Source of the DNA: the human T2T-CHM13v2.0 reference genome, Homo sapiens
Length of the DNA: 64,000 nucleotides
Reading direction: 5' to 3' (one strand)
NCBI RefSeq assembly: GCF_009914755.1
Contig: NC_060927.1
In this document: positions 41,835-55,755 of the stretch, in pieces
Numbering within the stretch: position 1 is the first letter of the stretch
Layout: every line of letters begins with the position of its first letter
The notes under the pieces: generated by a model
What the model was told of the DNA's origin: nothing
Seen by the model: the letters and a program-made list of their open reading frames with translations, nothing else
Databases searched by the model: none
Program-made: the position numbers and the translations under genes

Positions 41835-41909
41835 CTTCATTTCGATGACAGTCTGGAGAGCCTTCGTCTTGGCTGGCTCCGGCTGAAGTTGGCTTCTTCG
41901 GTGCAATTC
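41835..41909 (-). CDS. ERC2: ERC2 internal coding exon (75 nt, ELHRRSQLQPEPAKTKALQTVIEMK)
   Basis: Minus strand: acceptor ttcctccccag|GAA, donor ATGAAG|gtagga. 25 codons, phase 0/0. Peptide recognised as ERC2/CAST and joins in frame to the next exon (EMK-DTK). Confidence 0.95.
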
Positions 41910-43085
41910 CTGGGGAGGAACACGATAGAAATAAGCCTGACGGTTCATCCTTCCGTTACACCACAACCTTTACACAGGTACTACACAGCCTGCTGGGTCC
42001 TGGTTCCCCTTGCACAGACATAAACAAGCCACAGGTGTCTCTTCCCCCACACTCTTTAGCATCCCTCCTGCCTGGAGCCTGCGTTCCGGTGAAAAGCTCC
42101 TGGCACATGCGCTATTTCTGAAACTTCCATCAATAATTAATGTCAACTGTGACAAAGCCAGCAAGTAATGATAGTCCAAATACTGTTCAACACTGGGGCT
42201 GATGCCCAGCCATCAAATCATAATTTACTAAATTACATTACTCTGTGCTCCCAATACAAACACAGCAAGGAAACAGAGGAAAGAAAATGACTAACGTGGT
42301 TGCAAATCCGCTGCACGCATGGCATTTTGCTACCGAGGCAGGTTTGAAATGAGCAGTTTAAAACCATTTCAGTACAACTGTGTCACTTTTGAGAGTGATC
42401 TGATGAAACCCTGTGAATCTCTTGCTTCCGAATTTACAGTTTCAGTCCTTGTTTAAAATCACATCTGTGGGTGATATATTTATGTATCATGATGCCAAGA
42501 AATTAAAATTGGCATTAGTATCAACAGTGTTATAGGGGAGAAAAAAATTGTTAAAGCCAGATGTGGACCCAAAAACCCCTGGAACGATGATGAACATTTC
42601 TTTAGGTAAAAAGCAAACAACATAATTACAACTTTTATCTTGAAGGTCACTTTTTATATGCTTCTCCTCAAAAGAACAGTTCTGTTGAGACTTTGAAAAG
42701 TTGTCTTAGCAGAAGAGAAGAGATAAGGACAATGTGTGTTCAGATCACACTTGGATTTTCTTAACTATCAACAGTTTTAGGAGAGTGAGCAATGGCAGGA
42801 GTAATCAAAAGTGCTCACACATACCCATGCTGGTGATTCAGGTCACCTATGGAATAATTCTATCAGTACTTACTTCTGCTTCCACAAAAATCAATTTAGA
42901 GTCAACATGGGGTAGTTCTAGACTTTCAGAACCACTGGATCACAAACATTTACTTTTTTTAAAAAAGGAGTTAAAAAAGAGGATCAATATCATTTCTAGC
43001 TTTCTGCAAGTAAAGGCATTTAAAATTAACTCTACCTCCACCATTATCATCTACTATCACTGTCACTTCAAAAAGATAGGACATG

Positions 43086-43379
<294 letters not shown>

Positions 43380-45149
43380 GATAGGACATGTTAATGTAAA
43401 AGCTGTCAGAACACTCAAGACACACAATAAAAGATAGTCCTATCCAGGATAAGATAAGCAGGCAATCTTTTGCCCACATCCTATTATGCTGTTCTTATTA
43501 TATTTGCCAGTGGCCCAAGAAATCTTACAGGTGGACCATAGGGCACATGTCCAAGGACCAGTGTGGGGGAGTTAATGCTACAGCTCTGGACCAGGAATCT
43601 GAAAAGAATATTTTCTTCTCCAACTCATCACTGGCACAAATCAGCAACCCTGTACAAAGCTCTTTCTCAACCTCCAATTTGAGAACTATACTTCCTAACT
43701 ATTCAAAATGCTCTCACATCAGTCAGGATATTTTTTCCCCTAACATATCCCTGGGAAGGGATGAAGTCAACCATTACCAAACATTTATGAATACAGAAAC
43801 AGAAAGAGATCCTGTGTCCCTCTAGAGGCACTGGACTGCAATCATCTGGCAACACTACCATTTTTGGACTCTCTGGAAATGGCAGAGATTTTCTGAAGGA
43901 AGGACCCTAAAGGCAGCTGTCCTTTATTGAGCATCTGTGATGTCCCTAGCGCTGCTTGTCTCATTCAAGCCTCAGCACTACCAAATGAAGAAGATGTTAT
44001 GTGTGGTGAGTACAGTGGGCTGCTGGAAATTAAAAAACCTGCACCCCCATGGCCAATATCAAGTTACCCAAGTGGCATCCCTGAATGCAGAATTGGGAAG
44101 GGAGACACAATAGCACCCCCATTGTATGGTATTTTCTACCACACAGACACAATAAATGTAACAACCTCAAGATCTTAGATAATAGTAAAGTGTAATAAGA
44201 AATTAGGAAATTATGAGTTTTTAATATAATTTATTTAATTGTGAGTTTGTACATTTAATTTGTAACATTAGTTATTAGAAGAAGTTTCCAATCAATTTGG
44301 AGTCAATGTGGTTTTTTTCCAGCTTTCATAGGTCACTACAATCCAGTGCCAACACAGCATTGGGTGGATCCCATGAGATTTCAAATTCCACAAAGAAAAA
44401 ATCTACTTGGTCCTCAACATTACTTCCAAGATTGCTGGAGTTCACTGTACCAATAAAAACTCATGGACAAGAAAACAGAAAGTAAGTCACTTGTCAGAGT
44501 TTCTCTTAGTAAGTGTTAGAAGAAATTCATTTCATAGATCACCCATTCTGATACCAGGTGGCATCAAAATCATCTTATTAAAAGCCAGGAATGCAATTCA
44601 TAATAATTTCATACCATAACCAATCCTAGTTCCAGAATAAAAATTATAACTTGAGGAGAGAGGTTAAGCTTGTATAAAACAAGGAAAAATAATGAAGAAG
44701 CAACCAAGCAACACAGTGAAAATAAAAACCATAGGTAAAGGCAGGTGCTGTTGTAATTTCTGCCAAACACGAAAACATTGTCAAGGGTAAACATGCAATA
44801 AAAAAGCTAAACTTGTAGCAACAGTTATTCAATAATGGAAACAGAGTTCTCTTTGCTATAATTATACAAATTATATTATAATACAAACCAGCTAAAAATC
44901 CTGATTGGGCCCTTACCCTCTGTGTCACTCCTTTAAAAATAAAATAAAATCTCCAATTACCCAAGAATTGTAATTTTCTTAATTACAATATTTTTCAATC
45001 CTGACTTCATAGATTCTGAGGCTCATCTTGATTCCTAAGGTGTCAGGTAAATGAAAATTGTAATCTATATCCAGACAACATGGACTGTCTGAAAATCCCA
45101 TCTCAAACACTTCACCTATCTTTGAGATTTGAGATTATTACAATACTCA

Positions 45150-45535
45150 CTCTGTGGTAGAGGACCAGTTGCCCAAGGAAGGTTTGTGCTCCTCTTCCAT
45201 ACTATAGAGTTGTTGCTAGGAGGCCCCACAACCACTACCTAGGTGGGGCCATGGGACTTATTTCTGTCCAGTGGAATGTGGTTAGAAATGAGCAACGCGA
45301 TCAACTTTCATAAAAACTTCCTAACTAGTCCTCAACTCTCCCTCTTTTTCTATCTACTAGCTAGAAGTGAAGGACTTCAATATCCAAGAAGATGGTGTAG
45401 CCTCAAGATAGAAAAAGCCCACACTTCTGAAACATCATTTGAAAGGCTGCTGAAGACCTGCATCACATGGTGATATGAAATAAAAATAAACTTCTATTAA
45501 GTTAAGCCTATGAGCTTTCAGGCTTTATCTACAGA
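45150..45535 (+). mobile_element. Old MaLR LTR (MLT1J/K-like)
   Basis: aggtggggccatgggact...ccagtggaatgtgg...aaataaacttctatt..gttaagcc. Confidence 0.6.
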
Positions 45536-47039
45536 GATCTCAGCTCTCTCTGCTTTAAGAACTGCAATGGCTACAAGGCAAATTAATACCTTATTAGTCC
45601 TGTATTGTTTGTTGCTTTTGAATCACCAAAGTGATTTTAACGTGTGATTGCTTGCCAAATTTTCTAAACAGACAGTAGGATGAATTGGTTGCTGGAGGCT
45701 CCAACTGCCCCTAACCATCTGAGCGATGCACCCATTATGCACTAATCCTAAACAACTAATGAATTTCCCCAGGAGCATTTGATGTCCTCTCATATAGGTA
45801 TGACTGAGTATAAGATTTAACTTACTGTGATAGTTTTCACATGACAGTGTTATTAAATCATGAAGTGCAATGGTACTTAAATTTTTCTGCGTCACAGATC
45901 TCTGTAAAAATCAAACAGGAGGAGTGGATTCTTTCTGGAAATGGACACAAAAGCACATGCAAGCAAAATGGTGTGCACCATGTCAGCTGGTTCACAGAGC
46001 CTGGATCAGCACCCCAGAAGTTTACCTTTGAGCCAGACTTTGGGCTGATAACCACTTATTGAGAGGAAAGAGCACTGTACTAGAAGCCAAAAGTCAGGAG
46101 CCTGCAGTCCCAGCCTGAGACTTTGGGTATGCTGCTTCCCCTCTCTGATCAGCAGAATCAGGAGCTTTATGAATTGGTTTCTAATGCTCTTCCAGCTCTG
46201 AAATTATCCAGATTTTTAATAAACAGCTGACACTGAAATGAGGACCTCTAGCTGGTATTTCTAGTCCCACCTATTCTCACTTTTAAAAACAACAGAAAAA
46301 AATAAGGGAAGAAAATTGGTGGCATCACAAAATTTAACATCTCACTGTGACATCAAACCCCACATTATATATTTTCCTGTAATTTCATGACAAGGTTGGC
46401 TTTAGCTAGTGCAAAATTGCTAGCTCCTTCAGCTGATCAACATAAAAGTACATGAAGAGCCTAGAATTTTGAGCATGAAATCTCAAGTGGTTCATCAGAA
46501 TGATACTTCTTGGCGTTAATGAGAGTCTAGAGTCAGTGGGTTAATCTGGATGGACACTAGCTTCCAAGATGAACCTGTCAGAATAATGTTCACACACCAC
46601 ATACTTTCTTCAACAGACCAAATAATAATAACAACAAGTAAAAACTTAACTTTCATTCCAAAGGTAATTATTACATTTATCTGGCCTTTTCCCATTATTG
46701 TTCTGTAAATCTATTACTGTATAACAAACCACCCCAAACTTAATGGCATCAGACCACCACCATTGTATTATGTTCATGAATTCTAGGTCAGTTTCTTGCA
46801 CAAGAGCAAGAAAACTACATGGCCTTTTATTACCTAACCTTGAAAGTCCTATAGCACCACTTCTGTCATGCTCTTTTGAAGCAGTCACAAGCCTGCTTCC
46901 TAAAGGAAGGAGTGCCAAAGAATTTGAAGCCATGTTTTAAAATTGCCACTATTATGGACCAACACCAATTGGAGGAATCAATAGGAAAGGAACACTAAAA
47001 TCTCAAACATCAACTCATGTCAGTCTTAAAACATGGGAG

Positions 47040-48670
47040 GTTCAGATATTCAAATAATAATTTGATACAGGGGATACAAGAAATACAGCAGTGAACCAAA
47101 CAGACCAATATCCCAGCCTTCATAGTTGTTTGTTTTTTTTTAAATTCCAGATTCCAGTGGAGGAAAAGGCACGATAATTTTAAAAGGAGACTAAACCACA
47201 TCGTTATAAATGTTATAAAGGAAAATAAATCAGAGAAGTAGAATGGGAAATACTAGGGAGGCATGGATCAATTACAACTTCCAATAGGATAGTCAGAGAA
47301 AGCTTCATGAAAAGGTGACGCTTAAGCAAAGATCTAAAGCAGGGGTGTCCAATCTTTTGGCTTTCCTAAGCCACACTGAAAGAAGAAGAATTGTCTTGGG
47401 CCACACATAAAATACACTAACACTAATGAAAGTTGATGAGCTAAAAAAAAAAAAAAAAGTCACAAAAAAACTCATAATGTTTTAAGAAAATTTATGAATT
47501 TGTGTTGGGCTGCATTCAAAGCCGTCGTGGTGGCATGCAGCCCATAGACCACTGACTGGACAAGCTTCATCTAACGGAAACGAGGGAACAAGCTGTGTAG
47601 ATATTCCAGGCAGAGAGAACAGTGAAGGCTAAGTGTGTGGCTGAAGTTGCATGAGGGATGGGGTAAGTAGAAAGCCAAAGAAGTGCAGGGGTGGGTGGGA
47701 ATGAGAGGATGAGCTCCACATTTGGAGTTTGTCGTGAGGACATTGATTTTACTCTGAGAAAAATGGGAAGACATTGGAAGGTCTGAGCAAAGGCAAACCA
47801 TGACATGAGGCACTTTCTTAAAGGATTACTCCCAATGTTGTATTGCAGCATGGTTTCGGGGTGGTGGTGATAAGGACAGACCCATCAGAGCTAGTTAGAG
47901 GTAACTGGAATAACTCTTGCAAGGCATGATAGAACCTTGGACCATGGTAGCAGAGTGGAGGCAAGGAGAAAAAGTTGAGTTTAGATATGTTTTGAACATG
48001 AGGTGGACTTGGCTTCCTGATAGATTGCCTGAGGACTAAAGAGAGAAGCAAAAGATGGCTCCAAGCCTCTTAGCCTGAACAACAGGAAGAATGGAAGTGG
48101 ACCACCAAGACAGGGAAGATTGGGAAGGAAAGGTGGGAGTTATGGGAACTAAGAGTTTTGGTTTTGTATGTGTTAAGTTTGTAATGATATTAGACATTTA
48201 AGTGAAGGTGCTGAGTAGGTGATTAAATAGATGAGTCTAGATTTGAGGGGAGAAGTAAGAACTACAATGACAACTTTGGGATCAGTGAATAGACAGTATT
48301 TAAAACCTAGATGAATCAACCAGGGACTGAGCATAGAAAGAAGAGAGATCAGAGTATTGAGGACAGGGGTACTCCAAGAGTGAGGGGTCAGGAAGTCAGG
48401 AGCAAGCAGCAAAGGAGCCTGAGAAGGACAGCTAGTGAAGTAGGAAGAGAATGAAGAGCATGGCCTCCTGGAGATCAAGTGAAGCAGCTGTGTCCATAAT
48501 GAGAGCGTGGCCATCACATCAATTGCTACTGAGAGATCAATAGGATGAAGCTAGAGAATTGACCACTGGACTTAGTCAAGGTCATTAGTGACCTCATCTA
48601 GAGCAGTTTGGGGGATGGCAGGAGTGAAAGTCTAAATAGCATGTGCTGTGGAAGAACAGGAGGAGAGAAA
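47040..48670. mobile_element. L2 LINE fragment
   Basis: Purine-rich L2 motifs (attccaggcagagagaacag, tttactctgag, ggaagaatgga, gagttttggtttt, gagaattgaccactgga). Confidence 0.75.
47340..47568 (+). mobile_element. MER30 (hAT-Charlie) inserted in L2
   Basis: caggggtgtccaatcttttggct...ggacaagctt, 8-bp TSD atctaaag/atctaacg. Confidence 0.92.
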
Positions 48671-48739
48671 ACCCTCAGGTTACTATATTTGCACAGTGGG
48701 CTATTTAACCAATCATTCATCTTGTCAAAACTCTGCTTT

Positions 48740-49215
48740 AGATTTGTACACCCAAGTTCATAGCTGCATTATCCCAATAACAAAAAGGTAGAAGCAACCC
48801 AAATGTCCATAGATGAATGAATGATAAACAAAATGCCATGTAAACATACAATGGAATATTATTCAGCCATAAAAGGACGGAAATTTTAATGCCTGCTACA
48901 ACATGGATAGACCTCAAGGACATTATGTTAAGTGAAATAAGCCAGACAAATACTGCATGATCTCACTTATGATAGGTATCTAGAGTAGACAAACTTATCG
49001 AAATAGAAAGTGAAATGGTGCTTGCCAGGGGTGGTGATAGGCAGAAATGAGGAGTTGTATAATGGGTACAGAGTTTCAGTTTTGCAAGATGAAAAAGTCC
49101 TAGAGATTGGTTGTACAACAATGTAAATATGCTTAACACTATTGAACTGTACATTTAAAAGTGGTTAAGACAGTAAATTTTATATCATGTGTATTTTACC
49201 ACAATTAAAAGTTTT
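48740..49215 (+). mobile_element. L1MB-type 3' end
   Basis: gcaacccaaatgtccat...atggaatattattcagccataaaa...gggtacagagtttcagttt...attgaactgtaca. Confidence 0.88.
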
Positions 49216-49686
49216 TCTAAAACAGAAACAGAAATTGTTGAAGACCCACAACCGTTCCCATCTCTATCCTTTCGGAGAGTAACCATCATCTTGAAGTTGG
49301 TGTCTATCTTTTTCATGCATGTTTTTGTGCTTTCATTATGTATGTATGTCCTCATAAATAACATAAAGCTAACAATACAGTACGCTATTTTTTAACTTAC
49401 AGAAATACCAGCTGTCTATTGCACAAAGCTTTTTTGCATTTTGGGTTTTACCCAACAATATTTATGTTTTCAAACTTTATCAATGATATTAAGTAATTCT
49501 ATAAGTAAGTGTTTCCTACTCTTTTTTCCATTACAAACAGTGTTTCAATAAACCTCTCAGTACATGGAGGCGTGGAGAATCAAATGTGTTTTAGGTATCT
49601 TAAATGCGCAATAATTCTCTTCTTTCTAAAACATACTGTTATTTCTGTTTGGAATAATACTCCACCCTTTTATTCCCTTTTGTCTA

Positions 49687-49910
49687 CAGAGGTTATCAAA
49701 CTACAGCCCACAGACCAAATCCAGCCCACCATCTCTTCTGGTAAATAAAGTTTTATTGGAACGCTGCTATGCACATTGATTTCCACATTATTTATGGCTG
49801 CTTTCATGCTGCAATGGCAGAACTGAGTGGCTGTGACAGAGAACATATGGCCCTGCAAAGCTGAAAATAGTTACGATCTGGCCCTTTATAGAAAAGTTTG
49901 TCAACCCTTG
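49687..49910. mobile_element. MER58A
   Basis: caaactacagccca...gtaaataaagttttattggaac...ctggccctttatagaaaagtttg.caaccc. Confidence 0.85.
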
Positions 49911-49968
49911 GTCTAGGATATCTTCAAAACTCATACTAGCCAATCTCAGGAAAAAGAGTTACTCCTCA

Positions 49969-50495
49969 GGTGGTAGTTTAAATCATGTCCACAAATTCTT
50001 CAACATTCTCTTTATAAAGTGAAGCCTAAATGTCTTCTCCTTCACTGTAGACTGGACTCAGTAACTCACTTCTAACAAATAGAATAAGGTGGAAGTGACA
50101 TGTTTGACTTCTGAGGCCTAGGTTTAAAAGAAATTATGGCTTCTTTCTTGCTCATATTCTTGGATCACTTGTTTTGGTAGATGGCAGCTGCCACATCATG
50201 AGGATATCAAGACATCCTATGGTGAGGCCTGTGTGACAGGAAACTGAGGCCTCCTGCCAAAAGCCCTGCGAATGAGCCATCAAAAAAGTGGATCATCCAG
50301 TCCCATTCAAGCCTTCAGATGACTGCAGCCCTGTCCAACAGCCTGATTGCAACCTCATAAGGGGCACTGGGCCAGAACTACCCAGCTAAGCAACTCCCAA
50401 ATTCCTGACCTACAGAGTCTGTGAGATAATAAAGGTTTGTTGTTTTAAGCCATTAAATTTGGGGTAATGTGTTATGCAGCCATATATTGCAAATA
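49969..50495 (+). mobile_element. MLT1F-like MaLR LTR
   Basis: cttctaacaaatagaat...aagccttcagatgactgcagccc...cccagctaagc...ttgttgttttaagcca. Confidence 0.82.
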
Positions 50496-50849
50496 TATCA
50501 CAGGAAGGTCAACAGCTGACCCTCTAGACTAGTCTAACATTCCATACACTCATGTATACTCTCATAGCATTGTGTACTTTTCCTCCATGTCACTGAACAT
50601 GGCCACAATTTTACACTAATTTATAAAATTAATTAATCCATGTCTGTGTATATCATGGAGTGGTAAACTCCATGAGAACAGTGACTCTATGCCCATTACA
50701 TGCTCAGTAATTAACACAGTGCCTGCCAACAGTAGGAGCTCAACAAACACTGATGGCTTGATTAAATGAAACCGTACAAATGACACTGTATGTATAAGCC
50801 TGGAAGTCCTACAGTACTTTCGACCAAAAGGAGTCTGCTGTGAAGGATG

Positions 50850-51110
50850 ATAATAACTAACAGTTACTTACACATTGCTATGCGCTAAGCACTCTTTTAA
50901 GTATTTAATAAATATTAATGTGTTCAATCCCCAAAATAACCTCCCTAAGTAGGTATTATCACCATTTTATTATCACCATTTTTCACTTGAAGAAACAGAA
51001 ATAGAGAAGTTATTAACTTACTCAAGAAAACCTTACTGAACTGTACTGCAGAAATTTATCCCAGGCAGTCTGACTCCAGAGCCACTGCTCCTAATTGCCT
51101 CCCTACACTG
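50850..51110 (-). mobile_element. MIR
   Basis: aagtaggtattatc...gaagaaac.ga...agagaagtta...cccaggcagtctgactccagagcc. Confidence 0.7.
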
Positions 51111-53510
51111 CCCCCGTTTCACCACTTGGCTTTGAGTTGATATTTGAAGTTGACACCTCCATTGGCTTCTTTCATTATAGGCACTTCCCTATTTCTCCTT
51201 TGATTCAGTCTCATTTCCCATTCTTTTCTTCAGTATTTGAAAATGAAAGAATTTTATCATAGTAGCAGTTGTCTGAGACCAATGTCCATATTAGATATTA
51301 AAACTTAAAAGGCAAACATGGTTGGCACACAGAAGAAGTGGGGCAAAAAAAAACCACAATTACTTTCAAATTTTAATAACCTTCTCAATCTTTGACCAAT
51401 CAAGCGTTTATAAATAATAACCTAAAATATTTACATAATAGAATTAATAAGCCTAAATTAATAGACAGTTACACTGAACTTTGGATCCAATAACCTCCAT
51501 TTGAAGACTCAATGGAATATTTAAAGACTGACCCCATACCAGGCCACCAAGGAAAACCTCAGATGGATTCCAAAAGGCAAAAGTTAATATACAGGCTACA
51601 TTCTTTGTCCATACACAATAAAGCAAGAAGTTAAAAATAAAAGTTGAAAATAAAACCTCACTATTTGGAAAATAAAGCTCATAAAATCTTTAAATTTACC
51701 CTCTAGAGTGAGATCCTGTCCTCTCCACTTACTAGGTGCATGACCTTGGGCAAGTTACTGGATTTTCTCTAATACTCAGTTTCCTCATGGATGTCACAGC
51801 TATTTCATCGAGTAGAGAGGTTGGGATAAATATATGGACTGACACACAGCATACAATCATCATTGAAATGTATCCTTATGACTGTTTTTGCTCTTTAATG
51901 ATTATTAGTGTTCCCGACAGCACATTAAAGAAGGCAGTCTGGCAGAATGCCTTCCCTGCCTCTTTGTTCTGTGCTCTGACATTGGCTAGCATTAATACAC
52001 TGTCACTGGGTCTAATTGAATAATTTTCATTTAGCAAAAATCCACTATTGGCCAGGTAGGACACACAGAGAATCCCTGCCTTCACGGAGCTTATGTTCTA
52101 GTGCATGCATTCTCAATGAGGGTGACGTCATGCCTAGAGGATTTGGGGAACAGCAAGTTTCCCAGGGTTGTTGGAGTGGAAAGAATGCTGAGGAGAATGC
52201 TGAGAGATGAGATCCAAGAGGTAAGGGCTGCAGAGGGGGCAGAATGTATTAGCCCATATATAAAGATATATATAAAAATATCTTTATATTCTTATAAAGA
52301 TATTTGTCATACACAGAAGGCTTCAAATTCTAGAGAGACAGGGAAACAGTTTCCATGGAAATAGATAAATACAGTAGGAAGTTATTAGTAAATTATTTTT
52401 CAGCTGTCACAAGTAAATGGACATTTGGGAGCCTAAAACTATGCTATCTGAATCTCTGTGCATGTACATTTTTCTTTAATTTGTCTTAATGGATAATGTG
52501 CTCCTTTTGGTGAATCTGCATTAAAGACTTTTTCACAGATTCATCTTGGTCCTTTAGATGTTATGGTCCTGGAAACCACAGAAATTAATAGAATGAAATT
52601 CTATTAATATTTGGCCAGTTGTGTTATGTTAGCAATGTCATAGGGAGAAACAATAAAATTTAGTTATGTAGTTCAATAATTATTGGACACCTAACACATG
52701 TTAAGCAATGCAGAGACAGCAAAGATAAATGAAACACCATCCCAGGTCTCAAGGAACTTGACTGTCTAATGGAAAAGGGAATATATTTCCTGGAATATAA
52801 GACCACAAATGTTAATTTCAACAATAATAACAGCAGCTATAACTTACACAATGATTATCATATGTAAAGCCCCATGCTTCCCATCTAGTGCCTGATTTGC
52901 TCTGCACAGCATTCCACCACATAGGACTTACCGCCCCATGGAAAAGGTGCAGCCACTCAGACTGAGAGAGTTAGGTAACATACCCAAGATTGCAAGGGTG
53001 GTAAGACCTGAGTACAAGCACGGTCAGTCTGAGGTCTAAACTCGCTCTTTTAATTACTAACATAACACTTGGTTTATATTGCTATCTGCAGTTGCTTCAT
53101 CCTCTGCAAACATCTAGTATTTTAACAGGGATCTGAATCTGACTCTTGGTTTGTTTCTCAGTTCCCTGATAGAACCCCACTCATTTTGAATGACATGCTA
53201 TGAGAGAGAATGCAAAATAAGCATCCAGGCCTGATGAGGGAAGAATGGCTTTGGAAAACCTCATGGAAGAGTACATGTGGGTGATTAATCTTCAACCAGC
53301 TTTGCACTACTCTGTTGGACTCCATTTCTGAGCTAAAATACACCTCCCTGAACCTTATGCACTGGCCTTTGTCCCTCTCATTTGGGGACATAAAGAACAA
53401 ATTGGGCCAATCTGCCACTGTGACAGCTTTCTAGTCCAAAGTTTTTCTTACTAAAGAATCATTATTCTATTTCTTACATGACAGAGTGTCCTGGTCACTC
53501 ACCTCAGCCT

Positions 53511-53609
53511 ATGCATCTCATCTCATCTGATCTCAGAAGCTAAGCAATATTGGGCCTGGTTAGTATCGGGGTGAGAGAGCAGCTGGAAAAACTGGGTGCT
53601 GTAGGCTTT
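53511..53609 (+). pseudogene. 5'-truncated, diverged 5S rRNA pseudogene
   Basis: tctcatctgatctcagaagctaagca...gggcctggttagta...ctgggtgctgtaggcttt aligns to 5S rRNA from about nt 23 to its 3' end, with CpG decay. Confidence 0.9.
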
Positions 53610-53611
53610 GA

Positions 53612-54496
53612 GTGCAGAGGCAAGAACCATGGAGTATTATTCCCATACTTTAAAACCTCATGGATTTCCCAGCTGGATTTTAAAACTGCAATGGACCAGT
53701 GGCTCCATCTTACCTTCCTTGTTACCTATTTGAACATTATATTCATCTGTAACTGTTATCCTATGCCTCTACCACCATTATCTATTGAGAGCAGATAACT
53801 TGTTTCTCTCATTTTGCAAGCCCACTAAAAGAGGGAAATTGTGTCCCCAGGAGTGGTATTTAATGGATTATACCCAGAGCCTCATCCATACATAAGCGAT
53901 TTAGACAATGGGACTTTTGAACTGATGAGATTTAGATGAGATTTTGGACTGAGTTGATGCTGCAATGGGATGAGAGCTTTGAAGATCTGGGATGAGGTGA
54001 ATGTATTTATTACTTTGGAGGAATGTGAATCTTTGGGAGTCAGAGGGTGAAATGTAGTGGGCAGAATAAAAAAGAAGTCCACTTTCTATTTCTAAAACTT
54101 ACTAATATGTTACATTATATGGCAAAAGAGGCTTTGTATTTGTAATTAAGATTACAGACATTAAAATAGGGAGATTATCCTGGATAATCTGGGTGAGTGC
54201 AATCTAATCACATGTGCCTTTTAAAAGCTGAGAACATTCTCTGGCTGGAGGCAGAGAGAGATGCGGCAGATGAGGATGTCAGAGAGATCCTCAGTGTGAG
54301 AAGGATTTGATGTGTCATTGCTGATTCTGAGATGTAGGGGCCACATCATGTGCAAGGACCACAGGAAGCCTCTAAGGGCTCAGGGTGGCCCCCAGCTGAT
54401 GACCAACAAGGAAATCAGGACCTTGGACCTACAAATGCAAGGAAGTGGCTTTGGCCAACCACCTAAATGATTTGAAAGCATATACATCTCAAGAAC

Positions 54497-54534
<38 letters not shown>

Positions 54535-54700
54535 ACAGCCCTGATGATACTTAATTTTGACCTTGTAGAACTTGAAGCAAAAAATCTAGTTGAGTTGTGC
54601 TATACCAGGATACTTCTGACCTGTGAGCTAATAAATCTGTGTTGTTTAAGCTGCTAAACATGTGGTAATTTGTCATGGCTGCAATAGAAAACTAATATTG
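53612..54700 (+). mobile_element. MaLR internal 3' segment plus MLT1E-like 3' LTR (LTR about 54053-54700)
   Basis: MaLR-int-like gattttggact...gatgctg.aatggg and a purine tract before TGTAGTGGGCAGAAT. LTR motifs gggagattatcctggat and ttaagctgctaa. A 31-nt A run lies at 54500-54530. Confidence 0.78.
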
Positions 54701-54887
54701 AATAGCTAATCTCTCCTTTGCACTCCTCTGTTGGAGAGTTTTTTTTTCTGCATTGAGGGGAAATAATTCCCCTGAAGCTTCCATACACTGGCCTTTGTTC
54801 TACTCATTCAAGGGCATAAAGAACAAATCAGGTTCATCTCCGATGATAACAGTATCCAAGTCCAATGTCTTTCTTACTACAGGGTCC

Positions 54888-55224
<337 letters not shown>

Positions 55225-55303
55225 AGTCCTACTGTTTCTTATATGGCACGATATCAGGTGCTATTAGCAACCCCTGGGTCACTTACCTTAGTCTACTTCT
55301 ATA

Positions 55304-55755
55304 TGTCAGGTTGAATTCCTGAGAAGCAGAGCCTGAGACAAGGACTTCCATGCAAGTGGTTTATTAAGAGAGGGCTCTTCAGGAAAGCTTTAAGGGAGGG
55401 AAAGATGCCATATAGAGAAGACAGGGAAGTTAAGCAAGGGTGTTGTATAGGAAATCTAACCTGAGCCTGGACTTGCAGGGAGCTCTAGAGAGTAAGCTAT
55501 GCTGCAGTCTGTTCCCCTTGAGGCAAGGGGGCTGGGCTTCTGTACCCTCGCTCCAGTCAGCCTCTGCCTGTGGGTTCCCCCAGCACTTCTGGACAGGAAA
55601 AAGTTTGGCAATTCTAGTCATGAAAGGCACACTTCCAGGAAAGGTCACAGATATGAGCTGTTGGCAACAGCACTCACAGCCACTGGAGGATGGGTGCATC
55701 TGCCCAGCAAAAGGGTTGCTAGGGGTCTGAATTGGGCAAAATGAGCATCTGTTAC
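55304..55755 (-). mobile_element. Old ERVL-type LTR (LTR16/LTR33-like)
   Basis: gttgaattcctgagaagcagagcctgagacaagga...tgcaagtggtttatt resembles this LTR class. Confidence 0.5.

Noticed and set aside
44615-44649. Possible 35-nt minus-strand exon (ctcaag|...ATG|gtatga)
   Set aside because: Weak AAG acceptor, immediate stop, frame-shifting and no other support.
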